DNA of 64,000 nucleotides, from NCBI GenBank assembly GCA_035288465.1, contig DATEAH010000005.1:67636-131635 (forward strand), read 5' to 3'. The notes beneath the pieces were generated by a model, which was given only the letters and a program-made list of their open reading frames with translations, ran no database searches and was not told the origin of the DNA. Position numbers and translations under genes: made by a program. This DNA comes from Patescibacteria group bacterium. Lineage in GTDB: Bacteria > Patescibacteriota > UBA1384 > DATEAH01. This document shows, piece by piece, positions 19,540 to 28,367 of the stretch. The stretch's first letter is position 1. Every line of letters starts with the position of its first letter.

Positions 19540-20455
19540 TTGTGGCTCCTCCTGCCCCTCTTTTTAAAAATTTGTTTATTGCAATTTCTGCATTTTGGAC
19601 ATTTTCTATCCAGATAATATTTTTATCTCGACGAAACCATGTCATTTGCCTACGGGCGAAGTTTCTGGTTCGAGTTTTAGCAGTTTGTAAGGCTTCTTCA
19701 AGACTTATATTCCTGCGAACATATTCACCTATTTCCCGATATACTAAACCTGATATGGCCGGTAAATTAAAGTCATATCCGGCTTTATATAATTTTTGAA
19801 CTTCCTCAACCAATCCCTTTTTAACCATTTCGTCTAACCGCTGATTTATCTTTTCATATAATTTTTCCCGCGAGACTTTGACGCCAATTTTTAAAATCCG
19901 ATAACATGGTTTATCGGCAGTCTTAAGTTTTGAAAACTTCTTGCCAGAGGTTATGCATACTTCCAAGGCGCGAATTAGACGCCGTTTATTTTTTAAATCA
20001 ATCTTGCCAAAAGTATCCGGGTCTTTAATTTTGAGTAATTTTTGTAAAGCTGCGAGCGATTTTTTGGCTAATTTGAGGCGTAATTTTGAATCCAAGCTAA
20101 TGGGTGGAAGCTTAAAATTATAACAAACCGCATCAATATATAAACCGGTGCCGCCAACCATAAAGGGTAATTTACCTTTTTTATGGATTTGATTTATGGT
20201 TTTTTGGGCTAATTTTTGAAAATCAGCTACGGAAAATTCTTGATCTGGTTTGATAATATCTAACAGATAGTGCGGGACAACTTGTTGTTCTTTTTTTGAA
20301 GGCTTGGCGGTTCCGATGTCCATTTTTTCATAAATGGTCCTCGAATCTGCAGAAATTATTTCACCATTAAATTTTTTGGCAAGGTGAATTGCCCAAGAAG
20401 TTTTACCCGAGGCGGTTGGTCCTAAAATTACAATTAACGGTTTTTCGATAGTCAT
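19526..20455 (-). CDS. miaA: tRNA dimethylallyltransferase
   Basis: 309 aa; P-loop ILGPTASGKT, DSRTIYEKMDIGTAKP. Confidence 0.9.
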   Translation of the reverse strand: MTIEKPLIVILGPTASGKTSWAIHLAKKFNGEIISADSRTIYEKMDIGTAKPSKKEQQVVPHYLLDIIKPDQEFSVADFQKLAQKTINQIHKKGKLPFMVGGTGLYIDAVCYNFKLPPISLDSKLRLKLAKKSLAALQKLLKIKDPDTFGKIDLKNKRRLIRALEVCITSGKKFSKLKTADKPCYRILKIGVKVSREKLYEKINQRLDEMVKKGLVEEVQKLYKAGYDFNLPAISGLVYREIGEYVRRNISLEEALQTAKTRTRNFARRQMTWFRRDKNIIWIENVQNAEIAINKFLKRGAGGATIVQN

Positions 20456-20613
20456 TTATCTTTATAAACCTTTTTGTAAAACATCCGCTAAAATTATAAA
20501 ACCACCGGTTTTTGATAACCAGGCAAGCGTGATAAAAGCTGAAAAAAGCAAAATCACAATTAATCCGGCCATTATTTTATCGCGCCTTGAAGATAACATT
20601 ATTACTCCTTAAA

Positions 20614-20817
20614 TTATTTTTTAGGTTTATTTTTGGCTTTATTTTTTTCCGCCATTTCCGCTTTCATTTTCCAAACTTCAAATAAGCCAGCGCCCTCAAC
20701 TGGCATTTTTTTACGATGTTTTACCTCTCTTTTTTCGGCTTTGGTCTTGCCTTTCCAGTCTTCATAATTTAGCGCATCAAGATCATTAATTGATTGATTT
20801 CGAACTGGTTTGAACAT
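20614..20817 (-). CDS. small basic hypothetical protein
   Basis: 67 aa Lys-rich ORF. Confidence 0.35.
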   Translation of the reverse strand: MFKPVRNQSINDLDALNYEDWKGKTKAEKREVKHRKKMPVEGAGLFEVWKMKAEMAEKNKAKNKPKK

Positions 20818-20862
20818 TTAAATTTCTCCTACTTCAAAATCCAAAAACCTAAAATAGATATA

Positions 20863-21066
20863 TTATCTTTCGACTAAAAAGGCGATTTTGACATTAGCTT
20901 TAAATTCGGTGATTTTATTATCCTGAATAGTCGCGTTTTGTCCAACGACATCAACACCGGTAATATTTCTAATGGTTTTTGCGGCTTGATCAACCGCGTG
21001 CTTGGCGGCATCTTCCCAGCTGGTTTCGGAAGTGCCAATTAGTTCGACAATTTTTACAACGGCCAT
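20863..21066 (-). CDS. dodecin (flavin-binding) family protein
   Basis: 67 aa; VKIVELIGTSETSWEDAAKHAVDQA...VKIAF pattern typical of dodecins. Confidence 0.7.
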   Translation of the reverse strand: MAVVKIVELIGTSETSWEDAAKHAVDQAAKTIRNITGVDVVGQNATIQDNKITEFKANVKIAFLVER

Positions 21067-21078
21067 AATTCTCCTTTA

Positions 21079-21984
21079 TTATTTTAAAAATTTGTAAACT
21101 GAATGAGCGGCGATGGCGCCCTCTGCCATTGAAGGCAAAATCTGCCAAAATTGCTCAGAACCGGTAGTAATATCACCGGCCGCCCAAACGCCTTTAAGGT
21201 TGGTCGCACCACCCGGGTCAATCACAATAAAACCTTGTTCGTCTAATTTAATGCCTAAATTTTTCGCTAAAGTGGCATTTGGGGTTGAGCCGATTTCAAT
21301 AAAAACACCATCAACTTTGAGATCTTTTTGGGCAGTCGGGCTTTGCAAACTCAAACTTTCAACCACCTCTTTGCCGTTAATTTTGGTCGTTTTGGTAGAA
21401 AGAATAATTTCAACATTTTTTCGAGCTTTGATTTTATCTTGCCAATAAGGTTCCGCACGCAATTTATCCTCAGCTTCAATAATATAAACTTTTGGACAAA
21501 TGTCAGCTAATAAATTTGCCGAGGCTAAACCGGCATCGCCACCACCAATCACAGCGACAATACGATCTTTAAAAAAGCGGCCATCACAAGTGGGGCAATA
21601 ACTGACGCCCCGACCCAAAAGTTCTTCCTCGCCTGGCACACCTAATTTGCGGCGTTCCATACCAGTAGTTAAAATTACGGTTTTAGTGGGGATTTTTTCA
21701 GCTTGTTCGGTTTCGACTTCAAAACCAGTCTCGGTTTTTTTAATCTTAGTAACTTTGTCGTTTTTCATCTCCACGCCCAATTTTTTAATCTGGGCAATAA
21801 TTTTCGAGGCTAACTCAGCCCCTGAGATTTTTTCAAAACCTGGATAATTTTCGATCTCATAGGCATTTTCCATTGCCCCACCAGAGGCGACACAAATTAA
21901 TAAAGTTTTTAAATCGTATCTGGCGGCATAAAGAGCGGCGGCTAAGCCGGCTGGTCCCCCACCAACAATAATCAAATCATACAT
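21079..21984 (-). CDS. trxB: thioredoxin-disulfide reductase
   Basis: MYDLIIVGGGPAG FAD motif, CPTCDG redox-active disulfide, second GGGD NADPH motif; start at MYDL after gaaggaga RBS. Confidence 0.9.
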   Translation of the reverse strand: MYDLIIVGGGPAGLAAALYAARYDLKTLLICVASGGAMENAYEIENYPGFEKISGAELASKIIAQIKKLGVEMKNDKVTKIKKTETGFEVETEQAEKIPTKTVILTTGMERRKLGVPGEEELLGRGVSYCPTCDGRFFKDRIVAVIGGGDAGLASANLLADICPKVYIIEAEDKLRAEPYWQDKIKARKNVEIILSTKTTKINGKEVVESLSLQSPTAQKDLKVDGVFIEIGSTPNATLAKNLGIKLDEQGFIVIDPGGATNLKGVWAAGDITTGSEQFWQILPSMAEGAIAAHSVYKFLK

Positions 21985-22194
21985 GTTATCTCCTTCTAGT
22001 CGCAAATCCGAAATTCGAATATCTAAATCATAAATAAGTTACAATTTTTAATATCTAATTTTCAAATTTTTGGGTACTTATTACATAGAATCTTATAACC
22101 ATATTTATCATACCAAATTCTGAGGACAAAAAAAGCCCCGTACCTTGGGAAAAGCACGGGGTCAACCGCAAACGAGAAATATTGAAATAATTAA

Positions 22195-22653
22195 TTAATG
22201 TTGACGAGTGGCTCGATGCTGACCTTTTTGATATTGCGTATAATCATAAAGGGCTTCAAAGAATTGTTGAAGTTTGTCAAAATCTTGAACTATAATAACC
22301 TGATTGGTTATAATGCTTGAACATAACCCTCTTAACATTTTCATTTCTTCCCGAAACGCATCCTGTCCAGAAAAAGTCTCAACACCATCACTTGCCTGCA
22401 AGTCATCCCGGGCACCTTTAGCCAATAAATAATTTGGCTCATTCTTAAAATGCCGAGTATGAATCCTTAGGGTTTCAATATCTTCAATCTCTTGAACAAC
22501 AGAATTTAGAAATTCTTGAGCTCTGCCAATTGCCCAAAGAGTTTTTTGATCACGGTTGCCCCTTTCAATATTAACTAAGGCAGTTTTCACCCTAATTGTT
22601 AACAATGCCGTAATGGAAATCATCTCTCTATTAACAAGTTGGTCAGTCGCCAA
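22195..22653 (-). CDS. hypothetical protein
   Basis: 152 aa ORF, last gene of GC-elevated cluster. Confidence 0.45.
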   Translation of the reverse strand: MATDQLVNREMISITALLTIRVKTALVNIERGNRDQKTLWAIGRAQEFLNSVVQEIEDIETLRIHTRHFKNEPNYLLAKGARDDLQASDGVETFSGQDAFREEMKMLRGLCSSIITNQVIIVQDFDKLQQFFEALYDYTQYQKGQHRATRQH

Positions 22654-22705
22654 TCAGATCACCCCTTTTCTTGATGTAGATTTGAATAACAATCTTTGTC
22701 CAAAA

Positions 22706-23752
22706 TTAATCGTCCCATTCGGGAGGATAAGGAAAAGTGTCTAAATCGTAACCGACCTCCACCAAATCACGATCAATAGCTCTTTTAATACCGGTTTTGG
22801 CTTCAAAATCTAATTGGGCAGCCAGGCGCCGGTGAATGGCTGGCCAATCCTCTCTTGGCAAATACTTCTCGGTTGACCAAGCAAAGTCAGTCCAAGGATT
22901 ATCTCGCATCCGCTTTAAATATCCTGCTAAATCTAAGGTTTCGAAATAGGCGCCATAAAGATGCAAGCTAGTTGAAAGTCCATTCATCTCGCCCGGTACA
23001 ATTTGAATTCCCAAGGCATTCGTGAGCCTAATTGCCCATAACCTTTGGTATTCCGACAAAGCATACATATTCATAGGCCAGCCATTGAAAAGATCATGGG
23101 ACCGAAATATTATGACCCAAACTAGATTATAGGTTTCTTCTTCACAATTCGGATCCTGCAAAAGCCGGAATTGGATCATTTGCAGACAGGGGGCATCTTC
23201 AGAAAAGTTATCAATTTGTGGAATCCAAGTATGCAGCATGTAGTCGCGACCAAAACGATGTTTTGACATCCAGTCTTTTTGCATTTTCTCAATCATTAAC
23301 TTGTCTTGCGATTCAAAATATGTCGTGGCCGGTAAAACAACTTGTACCTCTCTTTCTAAGCGCTGATGGTAAGAATAATCCCAATAAGCTTCCTTTTCAT
23401 CCTCTTCGGTTCTAATGGTAATATCTTTCACCCAGCCATCATGAACTCCAAAACAAACCTCATCTCGATAAACTAACAAACCCTCGGGGGCATCACAACA
23501 ACCAAAGCTATGCAATCTCGGTTCATTAAGCGGCTTTCGGATTGTGTAACCCATGCACGCATCAAATCCGAGCGGAAAGCCTTCTTGATGTTTGGGGGTC
23601 CGTTCCCTTGATCCCAAAAACCAGCAAGCTAAACAAAGTTTGTGCCAGACTTCAGGGACATAATCTCCAACAATACCGATGAACGGGAGCGTACCTTGTT
23701 GTGGTAATTGTGTTAAGTCTTCGATAAGAGCGCGTTCTTGCTGATTCGCCAT
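22706..23752 (-). CDS. divergent thymidylate-synthase-superfamily enzyme (ThyA-like fold, function uncertain)
   Basis: 349 aa from MANQQ; ThyA-like GFPL motif, active-site region DAPCLQMIQF (PCL instead of PCH) and FRSHDLFNGWPMNMYAL matching ThyA [19 protein letters not shown]. Confidence 0.7.
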   Translation of the reverse strand: MANQQERALIEDLTQLPQQGTLPFIGIVGDYVPEVWHKLCLACWFLGSRERTPKHQEGFPLGFDACMGYTIRKPLNEPRLHSFGCCDAPEGLLVYRDEVCFGVHDGWVKDITIRTEEDEKEAYWDYSYHQRLEREVQVVLPATTYFESQDKLMIEKMQKDWMSKHRFGRDYMLHTWIPQIDNFSEDAPCLQMIQFRLLQDPNCEEETYNLVWVIIFRSHDLFNGWPMNMYALSEYQRLWAIRLTNALGIQIVPGEMNGLSTSLHLYGAYFETLDLAGYLKRMRDNPWTDFAWSTEKYLPREDWPAIHRRLAAQLDFEAKTGIKRAIDRDLVEVGYDLDTFPYPPEWDD

Positions 23753-23798
23753 TACTGATCGACCTCCTCGGGTTTTGCGCGGAGTTATAGATGGGATT

Positions 23799-24170
23799 TC
23801 AACGGCAGTACGGGCTATCGCGCCAACCGGCTTCAATATTCTGAATTTCTGATTTAATATCCTCAACCACATCCATTCCACTGGCTTGTAATGCAGCTAC
23901 CATTTCTCTGGTAAAAAACACGCAATCTATTTTCCCATTAACTAATGCCTGATAACTCGTTTCTGTTTCTCGAGGTGGTTTGGGAATAGGACTGACAACA
24001 AAAAATATATTTGCCCGCTCTGCTGGCCGCAGCCCAAACATTAAACCTAATTCTTGGATTTGACTAATTTCTACCGGAGTTAATAGCTCTTGAGCCGCCT
24101 CATCGATAACTAACATTTCTCTGACTTCAAGTTGGTAAGGAAAAAATTCAGGTGAATCTTTAGTTGCCAT
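23799..24170 (-). CDS. hypothetical protein
   Basis: 123 aa ORF between dCMP deaminase and TS-like gene. Confidence 0.5.
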   Translation of the reverse strand: MATKDSPEFFPYQLEVREMLVIDEAAQELLTPVEISQIQELGLMFGLRPAERANIFFVVSPIPKPPRETETSYQALVNGKIDCVFFTREMVAALQASGMDVVEDIKSEIQNIEAGWRDSPYCR

Positions 24171-24184
24171 GGGTACCGACCTCC

Positions 24185-24724
24185 TTAAATAACCTTGCGG
24201 GTTGTTTTGGTTTCATAATTATATTGTTCGACGGCAATATTTGATTCCATCGCCAGTTGGATCGCAAGCTCAAAATCGGTTTTTTCTTCTCCTTTTTCAG
24301 CCTCATCAACTCTTTTAACCCGAGCATATTCTTGGGCAAATACAATCCTTTTTACCCCATAAGCGGCTTGCCTTTTCATGCATTGAGTGCAACATAATCT
24401 CGAAATATACAAAGTGCTACCATCAAATTCACTTCGCGAACGAGAAAGCGTGGCGTTGTCTTCAGCGTGCAAACCCCTACAAGCGTTTCCATGCTTTTTT
24501 GCACAACCAACATGAGGATTATTACAATGCGGATGATCAGGCAATGGTCCATTATAGCCGGTATCAATAATATGATGATTGGGATTGGCATAAACGCAGG
24601 CGACCCGATTATTAATACAGACTGGTCTTTTTGCAAATATAGCCACAATATCCATAAAGGTTTCGTCCCAAGACGGACGTTCGGGTTCGAAAATATCTTC
24701 TTGGTCTTTGTCCACTCGACTCAC
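24185..24724 (-). CDS. dCMP deaminase (ComEB-like zinc deaminase)
   Basis: HAEDNA zinc-binding motif and CCTQC (PCxxC-type) motif; probable GTG start, a second in-frame GTG at 24715 has a better-spaced gggagg RBS. Confidence 0.8.
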   Translation of the reverse strand: MSRVDKDQEDIFEPERPSWDETFMDIVAIFAKRPVCINNRVACVYANPNHHIIDTGYNGPLPDHPHCNNPHVGCAKKHGNACRGLHAEDNATLSRSRSEFDGSTLYISRLCCTQCMKRQAAYGVKRIVFAQEYARVKRVDEAEKGEEKTDFELAIQLAMESNIAVEQYNYETKTTRKVI

Positions 24725-25018
24725 CTCCCGGAGAGTAACCAGCCAAATAAAATCGTTTCAGCTACAACAGCAATTACAACCGCGCCAACTATAATTAATA
24801 TCCCCACCAACCCCATGACAAGTTTGTTCAGCCCTCGAACCATCATTCGCTCATCTCCTTGTTAAGGAACTCACTTATAAAAAATAGAGTTTAAGCCCAT
24901 TTGAATTTGGGTAAACCCTCCTTAATTTTTATCTTACATTTTCAGTAATTAATTGCAAGTGGATAAATTTATTTCACCTCTGTATTTTGACCATAAAATT
25001 TGCTATAATCATAGCTAA

Positions 25019-25091
25019 GCCCCTGTAGCTCAATGGATAGAGCGCTTCGCTTCGGACGAAGAGGTTGCGGGTTCGACTCCTGCCAGGGGCG
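25019..25091 (+). tRNA. tRNA-Arg (anticodon TCG)
   Basis: Hand-folded: acceptor gcccctg/caggggc, anticodon stem cttcg/cgaag, loop ctTCGga, T-arm gcggg-ttcgact-cctgc. Confidence 0.85.
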
Positions 25092-25094
25092 AGT

Positions 25095-25166
25095 GGGCCT
25101 GTAGCTCAGTGGTAGAGCATCTGCCTCTTAAGCAGAGTGTCGAGGGTTCGATCCCCTCCAGGCCCT
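25095..25166 (+). tRNA. tRNA-Lys (anticodon CTT)
   Basis: acceptor gggcctg/caggccc, anticodon stem tctgc/gcaga, loop ctCTTaa, T-arm gaggg-ttcgatc-ccctc. Confidence 0.85.
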
Positions 25167-25259
25167 TTTCCGGAAAGAAAACTCTTTTGAGGTTTTTTTC
25201 GGAAAATGGCTTGTGGTGGTAAGAACCCACAGGCGATAAATAAACAATTGAGTAAAAAG

Positions 25260-25288
25260 TTGATATTTTAGCAAAGACTTAATATAAA
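25260..25288 (+). promoter_or_regulatory. sigma70-like promoter TTGATA-17-TATAAA inside element C
   Basis: ttgatattttagcaaagacttaatataaa; 30-nt block nearly identical to element B (47338-47366). Confidence 0.45.
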
Positions 25289-25323
25289 TCAAAATGTTGT
25301 TGCATCGGGACGGGGTTTACCCC

Positions 25324-25343
25324 TTCGATCCCCTCCAGGCCCT
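25324..25343 (+). repeat. exact duplicate of tRNA-Lys 3' end (T-loop to discriminator)
   Basis: ttcgatcccctccaggccct identical to 25147-25166. Confidence 0.9.
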
Positions 25344-25437
25344 ATAATCAAAAGCGCTCTTTTTGAGAGGTTTGCGATTATTGCTTGGAAGATGCGAGAA
25401 GCCGTTAGCGGCAAGGTAAAAACCAAAAATAAGGTAG

Positions 25438-25698
25438 TTATTTAACAACAACCTTGTAGATTTTAACGAAGACCCAAGTAGCAATATAACCGGCAATAAA
25501 AGCGGAAACCAGTCCGAGAAGCAGTTTACCAAACGACATGGTGGTCGTATCCCAAATAATACTTAGATTGACTCCGTGAAACCATGTTTGAAAGATAGAC
25601 CGGCTAATGTCGGGCAACAACCAAACTAATAAGCCGCAAAAAAGCGAGACCAAGGTTAAAAATGTTGCCACCGCCAAAGGCGTTTTCTTGGTGTCCAT
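25438..25698 (-). CDS. small membrane protein
   Basis: Start MDTKKTP after gggaggg RBS; two predicted TM helices. Confidence 0.5.
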   Translation of the reverse strand: MDTKKTPLAVATFLTLVSLFCGLLVWLLPDISRSIFQTWFHGVNLSIIWDTTTMSFGKLLLGLVSAFIAGYIATWVFVKIYKVVVK

Positions 25699-25739
25699 AA
25701 ACCCTCCCACTAATTAATTTATTTTTTAGCTAATTTTAT

Positions 25740-26120
25740 TTAAATTAGTTTACCCAAGACAACGATAGCAAAAAGAACTATCGCGTTGATTATTGTCAAA
25801 ACGGTTAAATTCGGAGTGGGTACCTTTTTTATTTTTCGGTCAATTATTAAAACCGCGATTATCCCATCAAGAACAAAAAGTCCCATTTTTATCCAGAACA
25901 GAATATTACCCTTAAGTTCTTCCGCTTCCTGAAAATAAAGCACCAACCCGGTTGCCAAGAGCCAACCGGCGGCAATTGTACCTGTCAATCGCATCATCTG
26001 AAAAATTTTGAGCCGTTCCTGACTTACTCCCTCCTTGATATTAAGTAAAACAGAAAAAACAACAACACCGATAATTACTCCGGCACCAACGATGTGCAGG
26101 ATAAGAAACAATGCGTGCAT
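25740..26120 (-). CDS. small membrane protein
   Basis: Start MHALFLILHIVGAG after agaggt RBS; multiple TM helices. Confidence 0.5.
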   Translation of the reverse strand: MHALFLILHIVGAGVIIGVVVFSVLLNIKEGVSQERLKIFQMMRLTGTIAAGWLLATGLVLYFQEAEELKGNILFWIKMGLFVLDGIIAVLIIDRKIKKVPTPNLTVLTIINAIVLFAIVVLGKLI

Positions 26121-26235
26121 ATTACCTCTTTGTTTAATTATATCAAAATCCGAGGTAAGGTTCAAACGAGCATATTAAACCTGAGGTTTTTTGTGGTATT
26201 ATTAAGATATAATCATATATTAAAAAAGGAGAAAT

Positions 26236-27039
26236 GTGGAGACAAAATTGACTCCGTTTGATAAATTGCTTGATTTGACCGGCAAAACAGCGATTGTTAC
26301 CGGCGGAGCGATGGGAATAGGTTTAGGAATCACCGCGCGTTTGGCTGAGGCAGGAGCCTCTGTTTTAATTGCGGATTTGGACGAAAACGCCGCTAATAAA
26401 AGTGCTCAGGGCTTAAGCACACAAGGATTCAAAGTTAGGGTAGTTAAAACCGATGTTTCGAACGAAACCGAGGTTAACAAAATGGTTCAAACTGCTGTTC
26501 AGGATTTTGGTGGTCTCGATATTATCATCAACAATGCCGGCATTTACCCCCAGATGCCGCTTGCCAAAATGACTAAGGAAGATTTCGATCGAGTTGTTGC
26601 CGTTAATTTGCGCGGAGTTTTTTTATGCACGGAAGCAGCCTCAAAACAGATGATTTCCCAAGGCCGGGGCGGTAAAATTATTAACATTACTTCAATAGAT
26701 GCTTTACATCCGTCGATGGTTGGTCTTGCCCATTACGACGCTTCCAAGCATGGTGTCTGGGGCTTTACTAAAAATGCGGCCCTTGAACTTTCTCAACATA
26801 AAATTTGGGTTAACGCCATCGCACCGGGCGGTATTACAACCCCCGGGGTTTCTAAAATGCCGCCAGCGCCAGGCGTTGATATGAAAAAATTTATGGCGGC
26901 TTTTCTGGCGAAAATCCCGATGCACCGCATGGGAGACCCTGACGACATCGGCAAAGTTGCTTTGTTTTTGGCTTCGGACATGTCCTCGTATCTGACTGGC
27001 GAGCAAATCGTGGTTGACGGCGGCGTGTTATTAAGTTGA
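26236..27039 (+). CDS. SDR-family oxidoreductase
   Basis: TGGAMGIG Rossmann motif, NNAG, catalytic YxxxK (YDASK). Confidence 0.85.
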   Translation: METKLTPFDKLLDLTGKTAIVTGGAMGIGLGITARLAEAGASVLIADLDENAANKSAQGLSTQGFKVRVVKTDVSNETEVNKMVQTAVQDFGGLDIIINNAGIYPQMPLAKMTKEDFDRVVAVNLRGVFLCTEAASKQMISQGRGGKIINITSIDALHPSMVGLAHYDASKHGVWGFTKNAALELSQHKIWVNAIAPGGITTPGVSKMPPAPGVDMKKFMAAFLAKIPMHRMGDPDDIGKVALFLASDMSSYLTGEQIVVDGGVLLS

Positions 27040-27226
27040 TTTTAGTAAAATGATAAATATATTAATCGCAAAAGGGGGAATATCCGATTGTATGAATGCC
27101 CGAATGTCCCTGATTGAAAATACTATCCAAGCCAAAAATCTCTGATTTTTGAAAAAGAGCGACACCAAATCGGAATAAAATTAATTCTTTGAATTAATTT
27201 ATTGATAACGGAGATTACCGCGATGT

Positions 27227-27309
27227 GCCCGCGTGGCGAAATGGCAGACGCGCTAGGTTTAGGACCTAGTGAGCGAAAGCTCATGGGGGTTCAAGTCCCT
27301 CCGCGGGCA
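27227..27309 (+). tRNA. tRNA-Leu (anticodon TAG), class II with long variable arm
   Basis: acceptor gcccgcg/cgcgggc, anticodon stem gctagg/cctagt, loop ttTAGga, variable arm tgagcgaaagctcat. Confidence 0.85.
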
Positions 27310-27311
27310 GA

Positions 27312-27345
27312 GACCAAAAATCCTCCAAATTAGGAGGATTTTTTA
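27312..27345 (+). terminator. rho-independent terminator after tRNA-Leu
   Basis: aaaaatcctccaaattaggaggatttttt. Confidence 0.6.
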
Positions 27346-27491
27346 ATATTACCCTATAAAATTTTCTATCGTAACGATTAGAGGGCGGGATTGTGGGGAT
27401 CGACCCCACAAAAAAAGGCGAAAACCTACTGACAATTCAAATAGGCTTTCGCCAAAAATAACAAATGAAAATAAATCAAATAAACTCAAAG

Positions 27492-28367
27492 TTACGAACG
27501 AATAAAGTTCCGGCTAATTTCTTGCCACAAGCTAATATCCAAAGAAGTATCTTTGGGCAATCTAACCGGAATATCGGCTCGTGTAATCGGTTTGACATCA
27601 AGGTTGGTTTTTTGAGCTAATTCAAAAACTGATTTTCTTTCTTGAGCAATATGGATAATTGAGGGTCGACCAGATTCATACAAGTAATCTCTTACAAACT
27701 CATAATCATCAACTGCCAAAGCAATTTCTGGGCCAATTTGATCAACATAGCCTGCCGAAGTCCACATATCTGTTGGTGCTTGAGGATGTTCAAAGGGAAC
27801 CGGCTTGAATGAAGTTCTAATAATCAAATAATTACGTGAGTTGTTGTGATTCGAAAATATCTTTTCGCCCATTAACTTAGTTTCAGCATAATAATTAATA
27901 GGATTAGGGCAATCTTTTTCAGAATACAACCCGCGCTTGCCATCATAATCGGACGGATAATCTCGCTCCCCATCAAAAACATAATCGGTAGAAATGTAAA
28001 CGAAATAACATTCAGCTCCTCGCGCCGCTCTGATTTCGGCAGCTATCCTCGAAAGAATATTCGTACCTCTAACATTAATCTTATGGCAAAGTTCTCGATC
28101 TTTTTCAGCACCGGCAACATCTGTAAAAGCAGCTAAATGCAAAACGACATCGGGCCGGAATAGACAAAATACATTTCTCACTTGATCAATATCACAAATA
28201 TCCATGATTTGAAATTCAGCTGCAGGAAATTCGCCTATGCAATTACTATCAATTTCGACAACATCGGTCAACATTAGTTTGTGACTATCAAGCCGATAAA
28301 CCAACTTTGAAGCCAAAAGACCGGCTGCGCCAGTAACGAGGATCTTGGACGGTTTTGGGATTCTCAT
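27492..28367 (-). CDS. rmlD: dTDP-4-dehydrorhamnose reductase
   Basis: ILVTGAAGLLASKL Rossmann N-terminus and STDYVFDG motif. Confidence 0.8.
   Translation of the reverse strand: MRIPKPSKILVTGAAGLLASKLVYRLDSHKLMLTDVVEIDSNCIGEFPAAEFQIMDICDIDQVRNVFCLFRPDVVLHLAAFTDVAGAEKDRELCHKINVRGTNILSRIAAEIRAARGAECYFVYISTDYVFDGERDYPSDYDGKRGLYSEKDCPNPINYYAETKLMGEKIFSNHNNSRNYLIIRTSFKPVPFEHPQAPTDMWTSAGYVDQIGPEIALAVDDYEFVRDYLYESGRPSIIHIAQERKSVFELAQKTNLDVKPITRADIPVRLPKDTSLDISLWQEISRNFIRS

Larger units (their letters stand above)
25167..25343 (+). mobile_element. putative miniature tRNA-linked element C (downstream of tRNA-Lys)
   Basis: Terminator-like hairpin, gaacccNNNgcg block, promoter-like block nearly identical to element B, hairpin ggggtttacccc (25312-25323), then 20-nt exact duplicate of tRNA-Lys 3' end (25324-25343). 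Confidence 0.4.
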
